Below are positions 63,910-64,000 of a stretch of 64,000 bases of DNA, in pieces. Under the pieces are notes generated by a model. The model was not told where the DNA came from. It ran no database searches and saw only the letters and a program-made list of their open reading frames with translations. This DNA comes from Botryllus schlosseri. Taxonomy: Eukaryota. Position 1 is the first letter of the stretch. Each line of letters begins with the position of its first letter. The DNA lies in contig CM119385.1 in assembly GCA_051294905.1 (NCBI GenBank), positions 11,222,001-11,286,000 on the forward strand, written 5' to 3'. Position numbers and translations under genes: made by a program.

Positions 63910-64000
63910 CTACGACGTTTTTAGCGAAATCTTGACCATGAGCCAGATCTTATCCCTTATCCGCACATGACCTTGGTGGTGGTTACGCAATCGACGGACC

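Noticed and set aside
1-64000. tRNA, rRNA, operon-like or prokaryotic defence features
   Set aside because: None recognised by eye; the window is spliceosomal-intron eukaryotic DNA. Covariance-model searches were not run, so small ncRNAs could be missed.

Overview
AT-rich animal genomic DNA, not prokaryotic. Several introns are only 56-71 nt, which suggests a compact invertebrate genome, possibly a tunicate; that is inference only. Most ORF-track entries are exon fragments or antisense shadows. By hand splicing I reconstruct five protein genes: (1) the first 23 coding exons of CFAP47 (minus strand, runs off the window start), with an RFX X-box-like motif upstream; (2) an intronless PLRG1, head-to-head with CFAP47; (3) a 9-exon PEAK1/PRAG1-family pseudokinase (about 1251 aa); (4) a 10-exon FHDC1/INF1-type formin (about 1626 aa); (5) a 7-exon, 304-aa uncharacterised protein on the minus strand that the ORF track largely misses. 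Introns and intergenic DNA hold at least eight families of non-autonomous hAT-type elements (many with 8-bp TSDs, one family Tol2-like), truncated L2/CR1-type LINE 3' ends and a 46-bp minisatellite. The most unusual object is an inverted repeat at about 41.3-42.5 kb. Each arm carries a minimal type-I hammerhead ribozyme core (Penelope-type) with a conserved potential pseudoknot, and a 966-bp hAT element sits at the centre of the hairpin. All gene models, TSDs and RNA folds were read by eye; no alignment, search or folding program was run.
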